Positions 1 through 12,170 of a DNA stretch of 64,000 nt are shown piece by piece (the stretch's first letter is position 1; the number at the start of each line of letters is the position of its first letter). This DNA is from Patellaria atrata CBS 101060 (lineage: Eukaryota). The translations under genes were made by a program, and so were the position numbers. The notes beneath the pieces are model-generated. The model searched no databases. It was given only the letters and a program-made list of their open reading frames with translations, and had not been told where the DNA came from. The stretch is taken from assembly GCA_010093705.1 (NCBI GenBank), contig MU006097.1, positions 1 to 64,000 on the forward strand, read 5' to 3'.

Positions 1-840
1 AAAAAAAGTGCCGCCTGGCTGTCTACAAAAATCCATAGGTTTTTGGCAATGGATTGTCCCTTCTCGCATTGGGTCTTTTCTCTTTCAAGTGTTTTAAGGA
101 TGGTAAATAGCTCTGCATCCATAATCTCAACGCTATCTCCTAAGTTCCAGTTGCTGGCAAACAAAATTCGCTAATTGTTTCCTATTTAGCATGCTCCTGC
201 AGCATTTCTATTGCCTTCTTTAGACCCATCAGTGTAGTACACACTGACCAGCCCATCCTTCATGCCCGACTCTAGGTCTCTGATTAGTTTATCATGTTGC
301 TTTGATGCCTTTTCTTTATACTTGCTGGAGATGATGAATAATGCCTTTAACTTTGGCCTCCAAGGTTGAGCATTATGTACGGAAGTCTTTTCTATCTTCC
401 AGTTGGTGATAAACTCCTAGGTTCTCTTCAATAAGGATAGGAGTTTAGTGTTTGGTCTAGTGAAATACTTGATTAAAGTATTGCCTGTTTCTAAGTCAGA
501 GTCTAAGGTTGCATTTAAGTCCTCTCTTTCAAGCTCTTCCCAGAGCACTCTCTTGACCAGATGGTTTTTATGGAACTTTAAAGTCCTGAGAGCATAAGAG
601 TTGCACAGCTTCTCAAATCTGACAGCTGGAGGAGACAGGCCTGCTTCAATTTCCATGGCCATGCTTGGAGAAGTCTTGAAGGCACCCAACATCATCGTCA
701 GTGCCTTGTTCTGCAATGTTTGATGTCTTCCAACTTGCTGGCTGTTTCTGTGATTTGGGTTCCACCATACTGGTACTCCATAGTCTGCTATTGAGTTGAC
801 GCATGCACTATATAGCTGACGTAGTGCATGACTTGTTTTG
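1..840 (-). mobile_element. Degenerate non-LTR retrotransposon (LINE, Tad1-like): RT C-terminus and RNase H remnant
   Basis: The minus strand reads QNKALTMMLGAFKTSPSMAMEIEAG (post-RT motif), then RNase H motifs VYYTDGS (~240), NWNLGDSVEIMDAELF (~150-110) and WIFVDSQAA (~35-10). Stops and frameshifts interrupt it, and it continues off the window edge. Confidence 0.85.
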
Positions 841-847
841 CTTTGAT

Positions 848-1090
848 CTAGGGTGGCTGGTATGACTTCTTAGCGCGGTTCCAGACACGGGTATTGGATA
901 TTCCAATGTCTAAGCATCCTTTCCTTACGGATATGATTGAGTTAGTATCTTCTAACCAAGGGTTTCCAAGAATCACTTCGTGATTAAGGCCTGGGAGCCT
1001 GATATCCACTAAAAAGGAGTCTTCATCCATCTTTGCTTCTCCAACTTCTTGCAATGAAGTCGAAAATGAGCTCATCCTACATAGGACCAT
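848..1090 (-). mobile_element. Ty3/gypsy-like aspartic protease fragment (LTR retrotransposon relic)
   Basis: FLVDIRLPGLNHEVILGNPWLEDTNSII resembles the retropepsin C-terminal 'ILGxPWL' motif. The N-terminal catalytic motif is not seen. Confidence 0.65.
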
Positions 1091-1778
1091 TTTTTTCTAC
1101 TGGACTAGAACTGAACTAACAAAGGTAACTTTAAAATAACCCCTGGGCCAGTAAACCTCCCTACTTCTTGCTCCACCACTCTTGGGGTCTTTCTCACGAA
1201 CCTCCTAAAGGTTTTCCGAGTCCTTCATCCTTGCCAACCCCTCGTCAGTGTGTTTTCATCAGGCCAGCGATGGTAAGGTGTACGCTGCGCGGGATAAGCT
1301 ACATCACCAGGGGAGTAAATGCAGCATTTAGCTACTAAAACTCATCCGTCTTTCCACTGCACAATCCGTTATGTCCGGCTCTCGCGACCTTACCCAGCTT
1401 TTCCACAGCGTCAGGCACACCCATCATAAACGTCTCCTCGGCGTGGACAGGAGTCACGAATTGCGTATGTACGGGACCGGACGCAGAGTTGAGTGTTGAC
1501 GATTCCGGGATAAGGGCGAAGTTCGACGAATAACTTAATGATATCGATGATGAGGAGAGGGTTGCATCCATCCAAGCGGAAGTACAACTAGGTAACTACC
1601 TAAAAATAAACACAATGACTCCGCTTTACCGTGGTTTCAACTCGTAAATAGGCGTGTGCAAGAGGCCCAAAGGACGTACATAACCACGATTTTCAAAGGT
1701 CCCTCAACTTCGATCGGCCATGTCCACGGCAGACCTATTAATTTGCGTTACGGGCATCTGAGACGTGACGAGAAAACT

Positions 1779-1810
1779 TCTTCTCATTGATCTTCTCATT
1801 GATCTTCTCA
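1779..1810. repeat. 12-bp tandem repeat TCTTCTCATTGA (about 2.6 copies)
   Basis: Directly visible. Confidence 0.8.
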
Positions 1811-2608
1811 AATTTCCCATTGATCTCTGCAAATTGGACGTCCCATTGCCCCGCCTTATCCTGAATGAAGTCCAGCTTCCTGGGGCACTATCGTGCGAAT
1901 CGTGATAATTCCGCAGGCCGTAAATGTAACTGCAGCGCCAATGCAAAACACAATGATGGCGGCTTACACATCTTCGAAACATTAGCGGGAAAGTATATGG
2001 ATATGATCATCTACTATGTGGAAATACATACGTTGAGGTAGCGGGAATAGAGATTCCCTTTGACCATTTCTTATTTGACAGAAGTCGTTAGTAGCTTTGA
2101 CGAAGGAAACGAGGCTGATGCCGAAACAGTGGACGTAGTGAGAATATTTTCTTCATCCGTAGGATCATCTTGATGGCGTTTACAATGTGTGAGATGTGTT
2201 CTAAGAGTTTCGAAGGATTCTGACGAAAGTATGTTGAGGAGAAGAATGAGACGAGAACATAGTGGCGGTTGTATTCTGATTATTTTTGAAATTTAGTTCA
2301 ATAAGCTGTGATTGAGGATTAAGGTATGGAAAGAATTTTTCTACTGTAATATTGAGGTATAAGGTAGGGGGAGATAAGGTTAAAAGTATCTCCGGTATTG
2401 ACCCTTATAGCGCGATATCTTACCTGCTATTTTAAAGAGGAATTATATGCTACGTATTACCTAGGCTTTCAAGAATAGTACCGTAACGCTTGGTTCCCCT
2501 AGAACTTAAAACGCCGAAGTAGTCCCTTCCCAAGAATCATTCTGCGAGGCTTGTCTCGCAAATAGATCTACCCCCTAAGCACATCAAATACACAACAGTA
2601 ACCAGTTA

Positions 2609-3432
2609 TTATAGGAGATGTACCGCTCCAGGATGAACCGAAAGCACATAGATATTATCACCGTTAGGCTTGATGACCCGATCCAGAAAGCCATACTTAA
2701 CTCCAAGTATGATAGCAAGTTTCGACCTGCCATACAACTCAGCGTTGCCTACGTCGGGGTTATTGATCTCATCGAGAGAACCGAAATGGACCACCGAAGG
2801 TGCACCGCGATGGAGTTCTGACGACTCCCAAACGATACGAGGAGCCGGGGTATCAGGAATCTTTGACGTCTTGCGGAGAACTGGATACAGCAGATTGCAA
2901 ACATAGAATTGTCCTAGCCAGTTGACCTGGAAATGGCGGTCTATGCTGTCTGACGTTTCGCCATATTGATTTGCATTGATGCCAGCAGAGAGAATAAGCT
3001 ACTTCAATAGTTAGTGGTTACTCATTTAGACACTTAATTGGAACCCACAAGATCGAGACGCTCTTCACGCTCACGAATGCCCGTGAAAACTTCCTTCACT
3101 TCTTTGAGGTCCGCCAGATCGCAACCCAACCATTCAATCTTCGCATTGTCGCCAGCTTCCTCCTTTATCTTCTGAATGATTTCCTGACCTTGCTCTTCTC
3201 TGCGGTTGACTACAATTACGCGAGCTCCATTGAGCACGAAAGCACGTGCAATCTCAGCACTGGGATAAAGAGGGATTAGTAATATGAGCTTGAGCAAAAA
3301 GAAATGCAACAGTTAGAATATGGGGCTTACCAACCCTATGCCCAATGCGCCGCCGACAACAAGAGCTACCCTGCCATGGAGATCATGGAAGTCCTTTCTG
3401 GGCCCAATAACTGGGTGAAGTATAGATTGCAT
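2609..3432 (-). pseudogene. Short-chain dehydrogenase/reductase (retinol-DH-like), apparently 3'-truncated
   Basis: Spliced exons give MQSILHPVIGP...VALVVGGALGIG (Rossmann motif), CDLADL, LILSAGINA, VNWLG, catalytic YGRSK and SVHPGA. After the next donor (~2622) no SDR-like C-terminal exon follows. Confidence 0.7.
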
Positions 3433-4031
3433 TTTTCTTAATATGTGAAGCTCTTTAGGTCAGTTCGACTATTATCCTTTAGTCGGATAGGTGGGTAGAA
3501 GAGAGTGATTTTGGAAAGGATCCAAAGAAACTGTTCTGCACTTTTATATAGTAATCATCAGAGCGGGTCGTAGTTCTGGCGTCATAGTAACCTCATACGG
3601 TGATAACATTAATGCTCGGAGCATCTTGAGGAGGGTTACAAATCGCACAGTAATTGTCCAAGGATGATGAACAAACACTTTTTGGTCTAAGGTCATATGT
3701 TCGTAATGTTAAGATTTTTTTTCTTTATTCTCGTCTCTAGCAAGATTTGACGTTAACCTGGATAGACGCCTGCAAGTTATCCATCAATCAAACTAAAGCA
3801 GCTACTTATTCCGTTAGAAGCATAATTGCCCTATAAGCTCCAGCCTATCCCTTATCCGCAAAGTAGAATAACCCGTGCATTTGATGAAAAAGACATGTTC
3901 TAAATACCTTCGTACGTACAAATACAGTTCAAGCACTTCATGCTCCAACTCATCGCTCAGAATCCACGGCAAATTAAATGATCAGACCCCCTAACCTTCA
4001 GCCAGCGGCACAAGTAATACGTATCTAAGGA

Positions 4032-4621
4032 TCACCAGTTGAACCAATCGACTCCCCTCACTACACGGTCACATATATATCCCGTCACCAGGCAGTAAGC
4101 AGTTTTGTGCAAGAGATCAACGACTTGTTCGTTGATCGGCCATGTCCACGGTAGACCACTTTCACCAGCAGCATTTTCGACCACCTGATCCATCGTGATT
4201 CGAATGCCCGTGTGCATGAAGGTTGCGACTGGTCCAATAATGCCGTAGTAAGACATAATTGATCTGACAGGACCGGCGAGAATGCCCATACCAAAGTGAT
4301 GAACATGGTTGATAACATCCGGGTGCCGACGGACGCTGTCTGAGAGCCCAAGATTGGTTGCCGTGGTGCGTGCAGGAATGTAGGAATTCGCTCGATTCGT
4401 AAACAATTGCTCGATCTTGTTCGTAACCGACATGCTAAGATAATGAATTAGTATATTGCGGAGTAGACACGACGATAGAAATGTACTCACCCCAAAGCTC
4501 CAAGGGCGCCAACTCCTAGACCAATTACTGCTGCTTGCCCGAAAGTGACCTTCGGGAAGCGTGGGTATGTTGCCTTTTCATTGGCGTTCGAAAATGAACC
4601 AGCTGGAGGATATGAAGACAT
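4032..4621 (-). CDS. Small hypothetical membrane protein, 2 exons
   Basis: ATG at 4621 gives MSSYPPAGSF...AVIGLGVGALGALG. A GTGAGT...CTTAG intron (~4490-4436) joins it to MSVTNKIEQLFT...RGVDWFNW*. It has hydrophobic Gly-rich helices. Confidence 0.7.
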
Positions 4622-6345
4622 TATGTGCGGCAAAGGTATACTTGTAATCTTAGAAGAGGGTGAGCAATTCGAGGTTTTTACAAGGAATGAACGAAAGGTA
4701 GTCGCAATAGGCTTTTTTGCGCTGTGTAGGACGCGACTAAATCATCACCACATGTGACAACGTGTAGGTCAATTTTACGTCACAGGCCAAGCCTAATCTT
4801 AGAGTACAGCAATGTTAGGTTACTACCTCATACTCCGCGGCAGTACATAAAGGTGTGTACGCGTATTGATTACGAAATACTTTGAATGAAGTTTTTTTGA
4901 AAGTAAGGTATATAATAACCTAATGCATATAGAAGTAATTCTGATGGTGTTGGTACCGTATGAGAAGATGTTAGTTTTTGACCCTTGCAAGGATGGATAC
5001 TGTACTATGATAATAAGACTTCGTCTCAGGTTGGCCTAAAGCATGCTGTTGTTGAACTCGTGAGAAAGGAAAGTCCCGAATCTATACTTGTGTTTATACA
5101 ACTTCTAATAAGGTACGGTACCTTACCTTATCACTGCTGTTGTATCCAATGATGATGAGAACGGCAGGTCCATGTGGATTCACGATTAGGCGGTTGTAAC
5201 CTAAGTCATAGAATCTAATACTGTACTGTACTGCACTGCACAAAGTAAGGAAGTAATAGGGCCATAACAGGAGTATCTCACTTTTTCTGCTCTCCGGTAT
5301 TCGAACTCTGGCTGAGGTACTTGCTCCGATCCTGTCGAGCTCCGAAATTACAAGTATCCTCAGCCTCATAAAGCTCATTTGGGAATATGAAGTTGAAGGT
5401 ACAGATATAGTAAGATAAGTTTTCGAGATAGGAAATAAAAGCTATATTCTGTTGGTGAATTTATTAAGAATAAAAGAACGTTGGGAAAGCCGAGACGAAA
5501 CCTGATATGATATTGCACTAGTCTTAAAGTGTGTATAGTGCGGCTCCTCTAATCGTTCGGTTCATTAAGGTACAAAAGGCAGGGCCGATTTTAGAATCAA
5601 GTCCCAATACCACCCATAGTGGGCTTAGCGAGTCTTATTTATAAGAGATATTAAAGAGGCCTTTAGTACTATAAGCGATCTTATAATACTCTTTAAATCT
5701 ATCCCTTTTTCCAAATTTATTTACTCCATCTAGTAAGTTTATTAGAGGTCCCCTGAAATTTTGTACTGTAAGCCGGGAAACCTAACCAAACCTAACTCGG
5801 AAAGCAAGCCAACACAAAATCAAACCTACATCTCACCTCACCTCAACTCACTTACCTCACCATATAGCTCGGGAACTCCTTTCGTACATTAAAGATTTTT
5901 CTTTGCTCATTCTCAGCTGTTTAGCTTGTAACTTCAAGTGGCACAGGTGGATCGTATAAGAAGAACGGTAAAATCGACACGTGGAGAGTCCAAACATGAT
6001 CACCATTGGAACGTTTGGCTGAGGTAGTCTACGGTGAGGTCTCCGATGGGATTCAAGTCCAAAAGAATGGCACTAACCTTAACTTAAAGGCCAGTAATAG
6101 TTGTTGTATAGTATAATGCCGTGTTTCTAGAAGGGTATTTGGTGGTAGACCGTGGAATTGCAAAATTAGCCTACTTTTAACGTTTTCTCTCAACCTTTGG
6201 CCATCCTGTTCTTATATAATTAGTGTGATAGTGACGTCGTGATAGTCTCGCTTTATTCTTAAAGACTTTCTATTCCACCTCACCTTTTATCAAACTTATC
6301 TGCCTTCCAATCTCCGTACAGATCCCTCTAACCTTCTACTATACG

Positions 6346-7092
6346 ATGGGCCCTAGCTATACTGACGGCCACGTCGTGGATTGCAACGAGCCACAGACCG
6401 GTCTACTCATGCGTTTCGTTCCTGAGAAGCTTAAGCACTCTGCGCTGTACAGGTGGTTTCTTCGTCTAACTCGTCTCCTCCAATTCATTTCCGCCACAGT
6501 CCCACTCAGTATCTTTTCTCAACGCCTGCATAAGGTTTACCACCTAGTCAACTCCATCAAGAGCCATCGTGGTGTTAATGGCTCGTATGGTGCTGCGGAA
6601 GATATCCTAGCTGCTGCTGTGTTGTACACTCTCATCAACGTTCTGTTCACGTGCATCATAAAACCAGTAGCGGTAGCCCTAGATTGATACGATGGTTAGG
6701 GGTTTTGTTTGATCTTCTCTTCGTTGGAGCTTTCATCACTGTTGCTGTCCTCACCTCTCCCAAAGGCGGAAAAGCTGGGCCACGTCATTGCTATGGCCGT
6801 TCTCGGTTTAGTAATGAAAATAACCTCACTGATGATATAACCAATGCTACCGACGCTTCTTGCAACCTTTCATGGGGCACTTTCATCCTTGCCATTATCA
6901 GCACGTAAGTGATTTGATATTTCTAAGGATCTTATTAGTTACATTGCTAATTGTATCTTTAGACTTCTCCATGCTATCACTGTTGCCTTCCATGACCTGT
7001 GTGACCACCACAAGAAGAACATAATTTTGCAGAGGAAAAGACATCTAGCAACCACACACCGGAGCTGGCGTCCAATCAGAGCAACCATATAA
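6346..7092 (+). pseudogene. MARVEL-like four-TM membrane protein with frameshift
   Basis: LRLTRLLQF (TM1) and FDLLFVGAFITVAVL (TM3) lie in different frames, with a one-base shift near 6660. An intron runs GTAAGT 6905 to TTTAG 6962. The 3' end is uncertain. Confidence 0.6.
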
Positions 7093-7209
7093 TGCAGCTT
7101 GTGGCGTCACGGCACATAAGGAAGTTGGCATCAACCAACAGCAACCATATAGTGGAGCTGGAGGGAGTCCGTCCACTGTATAGCAATCGGCCAGTTGCTA
7201 GGAATAGAG

Positions 7210-7386
7210 TACCGGATCTTCTGAATTTAAGTTCAACTCTCTGTCTAATATAGGTCTAGTACTAGATTGGACCTAGTTTCCACCCGAAAATAGACCTGCA
7301 CTAAGATAACTATGGTCCAACTAACGGCCTAATCCAACATCTGGCCTGCATTGAACTGAGGAAAATAAGTTCAGAAGATACGGGTA
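7210..7386. mobile_element. Candidate MITE relic with imperfect terminal inverted repeats
   Basis: The left end TACCGGATCTTCTGAATTTAAGTTCAA matches the reverse complement of the right end, TACCCGTATCTTCTGAACTTA(...)AGTTCAA. Both ends carry TA and the interior is non-coding. Confidence 0.5.
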
Positions 7387-7893
7387 TACGGCCGCTGTTA
7401 GCAGGACTGCCAAGAGCTCTTTATCTACCGTCAACGTAATTTCATAATGAATGATTAGGGAACATAGGTTCGCTTTGATCATATTCCCGGTTCTCAGATT
7501 TGTAATTCAGTTGTAAGAAAAGATTTTTCGAGGACAACAATAAGCAAACGTCCGCCAATTGGATAATTTGTTGATATACTACCTTATAAGAACTACATTT
7601 AGAGATGACCTTAAGTATAAGTTTCTAGTAAAACTAGTAGACTGAAATATACCCTCCCATTGTCCCAGATGCTCAGCCAAGAACATATAGTACCATCAAT
7701 TCACTGCAAAGATTACTACCCAATATAGAAGGCCCAACCGAAGTAACCAGCTACCCGACATAACCCCTCCAGAACCTCATAACATACGCCGCCACCAAAA
7801 TCAAACGCCACTTTTACTTTTGTACATTCTGAAGGTGATTTCCCCACCTCATATTTTGCGCTTCCTCAAACAATCCTTCCAATTCGACCCCAA

Positions 7894-9072
7894 ATGATGA
7901 CCTCATCCGCTCCCGACGACTCCAACATTACCTCCGCCCACAATGAACCCTCAAACAAAATCAATATCGGCACCCGACGGTCCGCACTTGCGCGCATCCA
8001 AGCCGATCTCGTCAGAGACGAGCTGCAGAAAGCATGGCCGGAGAAGACATACGAGATCCATGCGATGAGCACGATGGGCGACAAGAACCAAGTGACACCT
8101 CTACACGAGATGGGTGCGAAAGCGCTGTGGACACATGAACTAGAGGCGCTGTTGTTGGAGAAGAAGTTGGATGGGGTTGTGCATTGTTTGAAAGGTGTGT
8201 ATATGTCAATTGATGCCCGTCTACAGGGAATCGGGAGCAGGGGATATAATACTAATTGTTTTGTGTGTGAGGTAGATATGCCCACACAACTACCTGCAAA
8301 CCTTAAAATCGGCGCTATCCTCCCTGGCGAAGATCCCCGCGACGTCCTCGTCGTTAGATCTTCTCTCAATACTACCTATAGCACTCTCTCCTCTCTCCCT
8401 GCTAGCTCTATTATTGGGACCTCCTCCGTAAGACGTAGCGCGCAAATCCGCCGCAAGTACCCGCACCTCCAATTCGCCGACGTGCGCGGCAACATCGGGA
8501 CGCGTCTCTCCAAACTCGACGATCCCGAATCGCCCTACACTGCACTTGTGTTGGCGGCCGCGGGACTTAAGCGACTGGGGCTAGACGACAGGATAAGCCA
8601 GTATCTGACTGGGAAGGAAGGGGGAATGTTGCATGCGGTTGGTCAAGGCGCGTTGGCGATCGAAATAAGAGAGGGTGATGACGAGATGGAGTGTGTCGTG
8701 AAAAAGATTGCGTGTTGGAGGACTACCAGGCAGATGTTGGCACAGAGGAGTTTGATGAGAACGTTAGAGGGGGGTTGTAGCGTCCCGATTGGGGTGGAGA
8801 CGGAGTGGGTGAAGGGGGAAACCTCAGGGGCGGGCGATGGAGATGTGGATGAGGAGAGATTTACGAATGAGTTGGTTATGAGTGCTATCGTTGTGTCATT
8901 GGATGGTGCTGATGCAGCGGAAGGGGAGATTAAGAAGGTGGTGAGAAATGAAGAGGACGCGGATGAGTTTGGGAGGGATATGGCGAGGTTGTTGATTGAG
9001 CGGGGAGCTTCTGAAATCTTAGAGAAGATTAACCTGAATAGAAAGATTATTGAGGCGCAGGGTGATGCATGA
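7894..9072 (+). CDS. HEM3: Porphobilinogen deaminase (hydroxymethylbilane synthase)
   Basis: Motifs IGTRRSALARIQ, VHCLK/DMPT, GTSSVRR, VRGNIGTRLSKLD and LEGGCSVPIG. One 81-nt in-frame intron at 8195-8275. Confidence 0.96.
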   Translation: MMTSSAPDDSNITSAHNEPSNKINIGTRRSALARIQADLVRDELQKAWPEKTYEIHAMSTMGDKNQVTPLHEMGAKALWTHELEALLLEKKLDGVVHCLKGVYMSIDARLQGIGSRGYNTNCFVCEVDMPTQLPANLKIGAILPGEDPRDVLVVRSSLNTTYSTLSSLPASSIIGTSSVRRSAQIRRKYPHLQFADVRGNIGTRLSKLDDPESPYTALVLAAAGLKRLGLDDRISQYLTGKEGGMLHAVGQGALAIEIREGDDEMECVVKKIACWRTTRQMLAQRSLMRTLEGGCSVPIGVETEWVKGETSGAGDGDVDEERFTNELVMSAIVVSLDGADAAEGEIKKVVRNEEDADEFGRDMARLLIERGASEILEKINLNRKIIEAQGDA

Positions 9073-9468
9073 TATGGTTCAAAATGAAAAGGTTATGAAA
9101 GAGTTACGAATCTATGTCCGCATGACGTCGAGGCGGATAGGACGGTAGTCAAGAGCAATTGCGACCAAGATTCGAACTATATGGATATTGAAGATGGTTT
9201 TCGTCCTCCTCTAGCGTTAGAAATATGTAAAGTGTATATACAAACTTAATAGACGTCGTCATATTGAAGACAGTCCGGATCATCCGCGCTTCTACTTTTC
9301 AATACCAAGAAAGTCAGAGAATACTCATAAATCCTTGAATGTATGAGTGGGTTCTCAACATTTACCAGATCCTTATGCGAAATGAAGTCCAGAAGCGTAG
9401 GAGTCAGAGGCCGTGCTCAAGAACTCTGAAGATGAGAAGTCCAATATAGTATCTGACGAGAACGGAGA

Positions 9469-10353
9469 CTACATTGACTTCATGAGATTAGATACGGCTT
9501 TGGCGGCATACTTCTTTCGTTGAAGTTCCGGCAAGTCCGCCCCTTTCTCTCTTATAGCTTGCAACTGCTGCATCATCCTCTCCAAGTTCTCGACCTGATG
9601 TGCCTCATTTTCCTCTATCCCTCCAGTATCAGACGCTTCAGCTCTTATCGTGCCCAACAAACTCGACTTCATATCCGCCTCAGCAGCTGGAAACATGGAG
9701 CTAAACTCCTCCACATCACCATGTAGCATATCATCCGAATCAACTAATTCCCCAAAGTCATCCAAATCCTCGATATCATCCGTCTCCCACTCATTCGCCT
9801 CCAACGCCTCCCTCACCCTCTCAACCCCCCTACTCTCCCCAAGCTCATTCCTCCCCCTCGCCATCCCATCCACATACTCAAACCCACACTCTCTGCACTC
9901 ATCCTCCCAGACCTCAACCTCCCTCTCTAACGCGGGTTTACTTGTCTGCCCCATCGCCACAGCAAGCATCACACCATCCCAGCCTTCCGCCCCCATCCCT
10001 TTCTCTACAACCTCCCGCACACCTCTCATCCCCTCGATATGCACCCGCCATTCCTCTTCGCTGCTCGGAGCCCGGAAGACGTAGATCCAGGCCCCGACTG
10101 CACGGATCACCTCTATGGCTTCGGGTTTCAGAAACTCGGCGGTCCAGAGCGCGGGCGTGGTCAGCTCGTCGATCCAGATTGGGACTGTGGTGGTGTAGTA
10201 GCGGGTGCAGAGTTCGAGGGAGTGAGAGGACCCAGCGAGAGAAGATGTGGTGAGGGTTGGGACGGAGCCGGTGAGGAGGGTCAGGAGGGAGAGGGTTGGG
10301 GAGGGGTCGATGGGGGAGAGGATGAGGATGCGTTTTGGGTTTTGGATTTCCAT
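9469..10353 (-). CDS. IRC6: Alpha/gamma-adaptin-binding protein p34 (Irc6-like)
   Basis: Motifs TRYYTTTVPIWIDE, GFEYVD, GVERVREALEANEW and a C-terminal coiled coil. Likely start is MEIQNPKRIL at 10353. Confidence 0.85.
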   Translation of the reverse strand: MEIQNPKRILILSPIDPSPTLSLLTLLTGSVPTLTTSSLAGSSHSLELCTRYYTTTVPIWIDELTTPALWTAEFLKPEAIEVIRAVGAWIYVFRAPSSEEEWRVHIEGMRGVREVVEKGMGAEGWDGVMLAVAMGQTSKPALEREVEVWEDECRECGFEYVDGMARGRNELGESRGVERVREALEANEWETDDIEDLDDFGELVDSDDMLHGDVEEFSSMFPAAEADMKSSLLGTIRAEASDTGGIEENEAHQVENLERMMQQLQAIREKGADLPELQRKKYAAKAVSNLMKSM

Positions 10354-10768
10354 TATTCGTGGAAGTGCGTGGTGGTTGGAAAAGGACTGTTTCGTCCGAT
10401 GTACCCGTTCACATTTTGCTGGTTGTTTTGCGAGGTTGCGAAGGGGATTAAGGTGGGATATTTGAGGCGCGGAATGGGACCGCACATGTGCCAAGGACTT
10501 TTGTGATTTTATATTGAGCAAAGTATTGAAATAGTACGACAGCATGGTGTAGACACAGTTGAATAGAGCATCTTTGAAAGATATGATAACAAGCTGTAGA
10601 CCTTTCACATCATTTCTGTATGCTCCAGACCATCTCCCAAGGGTTCATGAACTCCAGCAACCGAGGCCAGGCTTGCCGGAACCAAATGAGCCCATATTCC
10701 ACGATATATCAGCACCATCCTAGGTACTCTAAAATTATTTTTGAGCCATATTGTCCTTAGGATGTGCT

Positions 10769-11286
10769 TCAACCCCTTCCACCCCTCTGTCCTCTCGCCC
10801 TGTTCACAGTCGCTCTTCCACGCGCAAGACCAACACCACGACCTCTCGTACCTTTCGATCTAAACATGGGCGCATTCCTATATCGCATCAGTTTCTATCC
10901 TTATTCATAAGTCCATTTGATCGAGTATACCTTAACATATCCGGCACGATGAAGAACCGCACGTGTGATCCGCGAATATAGACTTGATCAAGATGTGATA
11001 CGCGGCCGTCGCGAGCAGTAACGGTAATATCCTTGAGTTGTACATTCATATTATCTTCCGCTACAAAGTAGAAAAGCTGTTAGTTTGGTTCGCAATTGTA
11101 TGTTCGGGGAGCAGCCAGACTGACCTTCCAGGAGTTTTCCTCGGTAGACTTGACCAGAATCGATTTCGAGCGTGACAACATGGCCCTATGGTGCATTAGT
11201 GAGCGCCTTTCGTTCATAAACCAAGCAGAGAATGGTACCATAGCTTCATTGAGCAATTTTATAGGGATGCCGATTGTGCTCGTCAT
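10769..11286 (-). CDS. SMD3: Small nuclear ribonucleoprotein Sm D3, 4 exons
   Basis: Exons read [15 protein letters not shown] / [20 protein letters not shown] / [44 protein letters not shown] / NAPMFR...RGGRG*. Confidence 0.95.
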
Positions 11287-12170
11287 TGCGGGCAATAAGG
11301 AGCGCGATATGTGATTGTGAGATTAGAATTCTCCAGGCAGCTGGAGTAAAAGGTATCACGGAGTTACTAGGGGCTGGTACTAGAAGATGTTTTGCGTTTG
11401 AACAATTAGAAGCTTAAATATATTCTCATCAATATCTAGAAGACAAGAGTACGTAGTTAACGTAGTTTATGTCTTGGCGATTTGCTCTTTCAATCTTGAA
11501 CTACAACTATACTTGCACAAATTACAACTGCGAATGTCGAGCAGGCAAACACTGTAAGATAATATGCTCTTTTCATATAGATATGGTGTAATCCAGGCAC
11601 AAGTAGCGCCTAACTCATCTCTTAATATGATGAATTCATATCCTTTCATTACTACTCCGTATATTTCCTATTGTTCTAGGAGCTCCTTAAGCGACTATAA
11701 GGGTTTTCAATTCCTTAAGATTTAAATTCTTCAAATCCTATTGTTGGATATATTTCTATACATGTTGTGCTCATTACAAGATTCATTCTCCTCAGTGAAC
11801 GTGGTGACAACCTGTAAAGATACCGACCTCTATATAGTTTCTCTACGAATCGTCACTACTTCAACGTTCATTTGAGGGGCGTAGCATGTAGTGAACGTTC
11901 CTGTTCTCTCTGCCATGGTAAGTTCAACTGCGTAACAAATAATTTGTTATGTGCGAACTGAAATTCTTTGTTCCGAGCATCGTCAAATCCACTAACATCT
12001 GAAAGAAACCTTCTTGCAATCTTACATAACTACTCAGAAAAATCCTTTTATCTCTCCTTCACGTCTCTTTATCTTCAATTCCGTTTCCGGCCATAACTGT
12101 ACAGTTTATCGAATTTGTTAAAGCTTTCTTCGGACTATTCTCCAACTCAAGTACATCAAAGCTAAGCAGA

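Noticed and set aside
10354..10608. 85-aa N-terminal extension of IRC6 shown in the ORF track
   Set aside because: It begins at a non-ATG codon in the region just 3' of SmD3. The recognisable protein starts at MEIQNPKRIL (10353).
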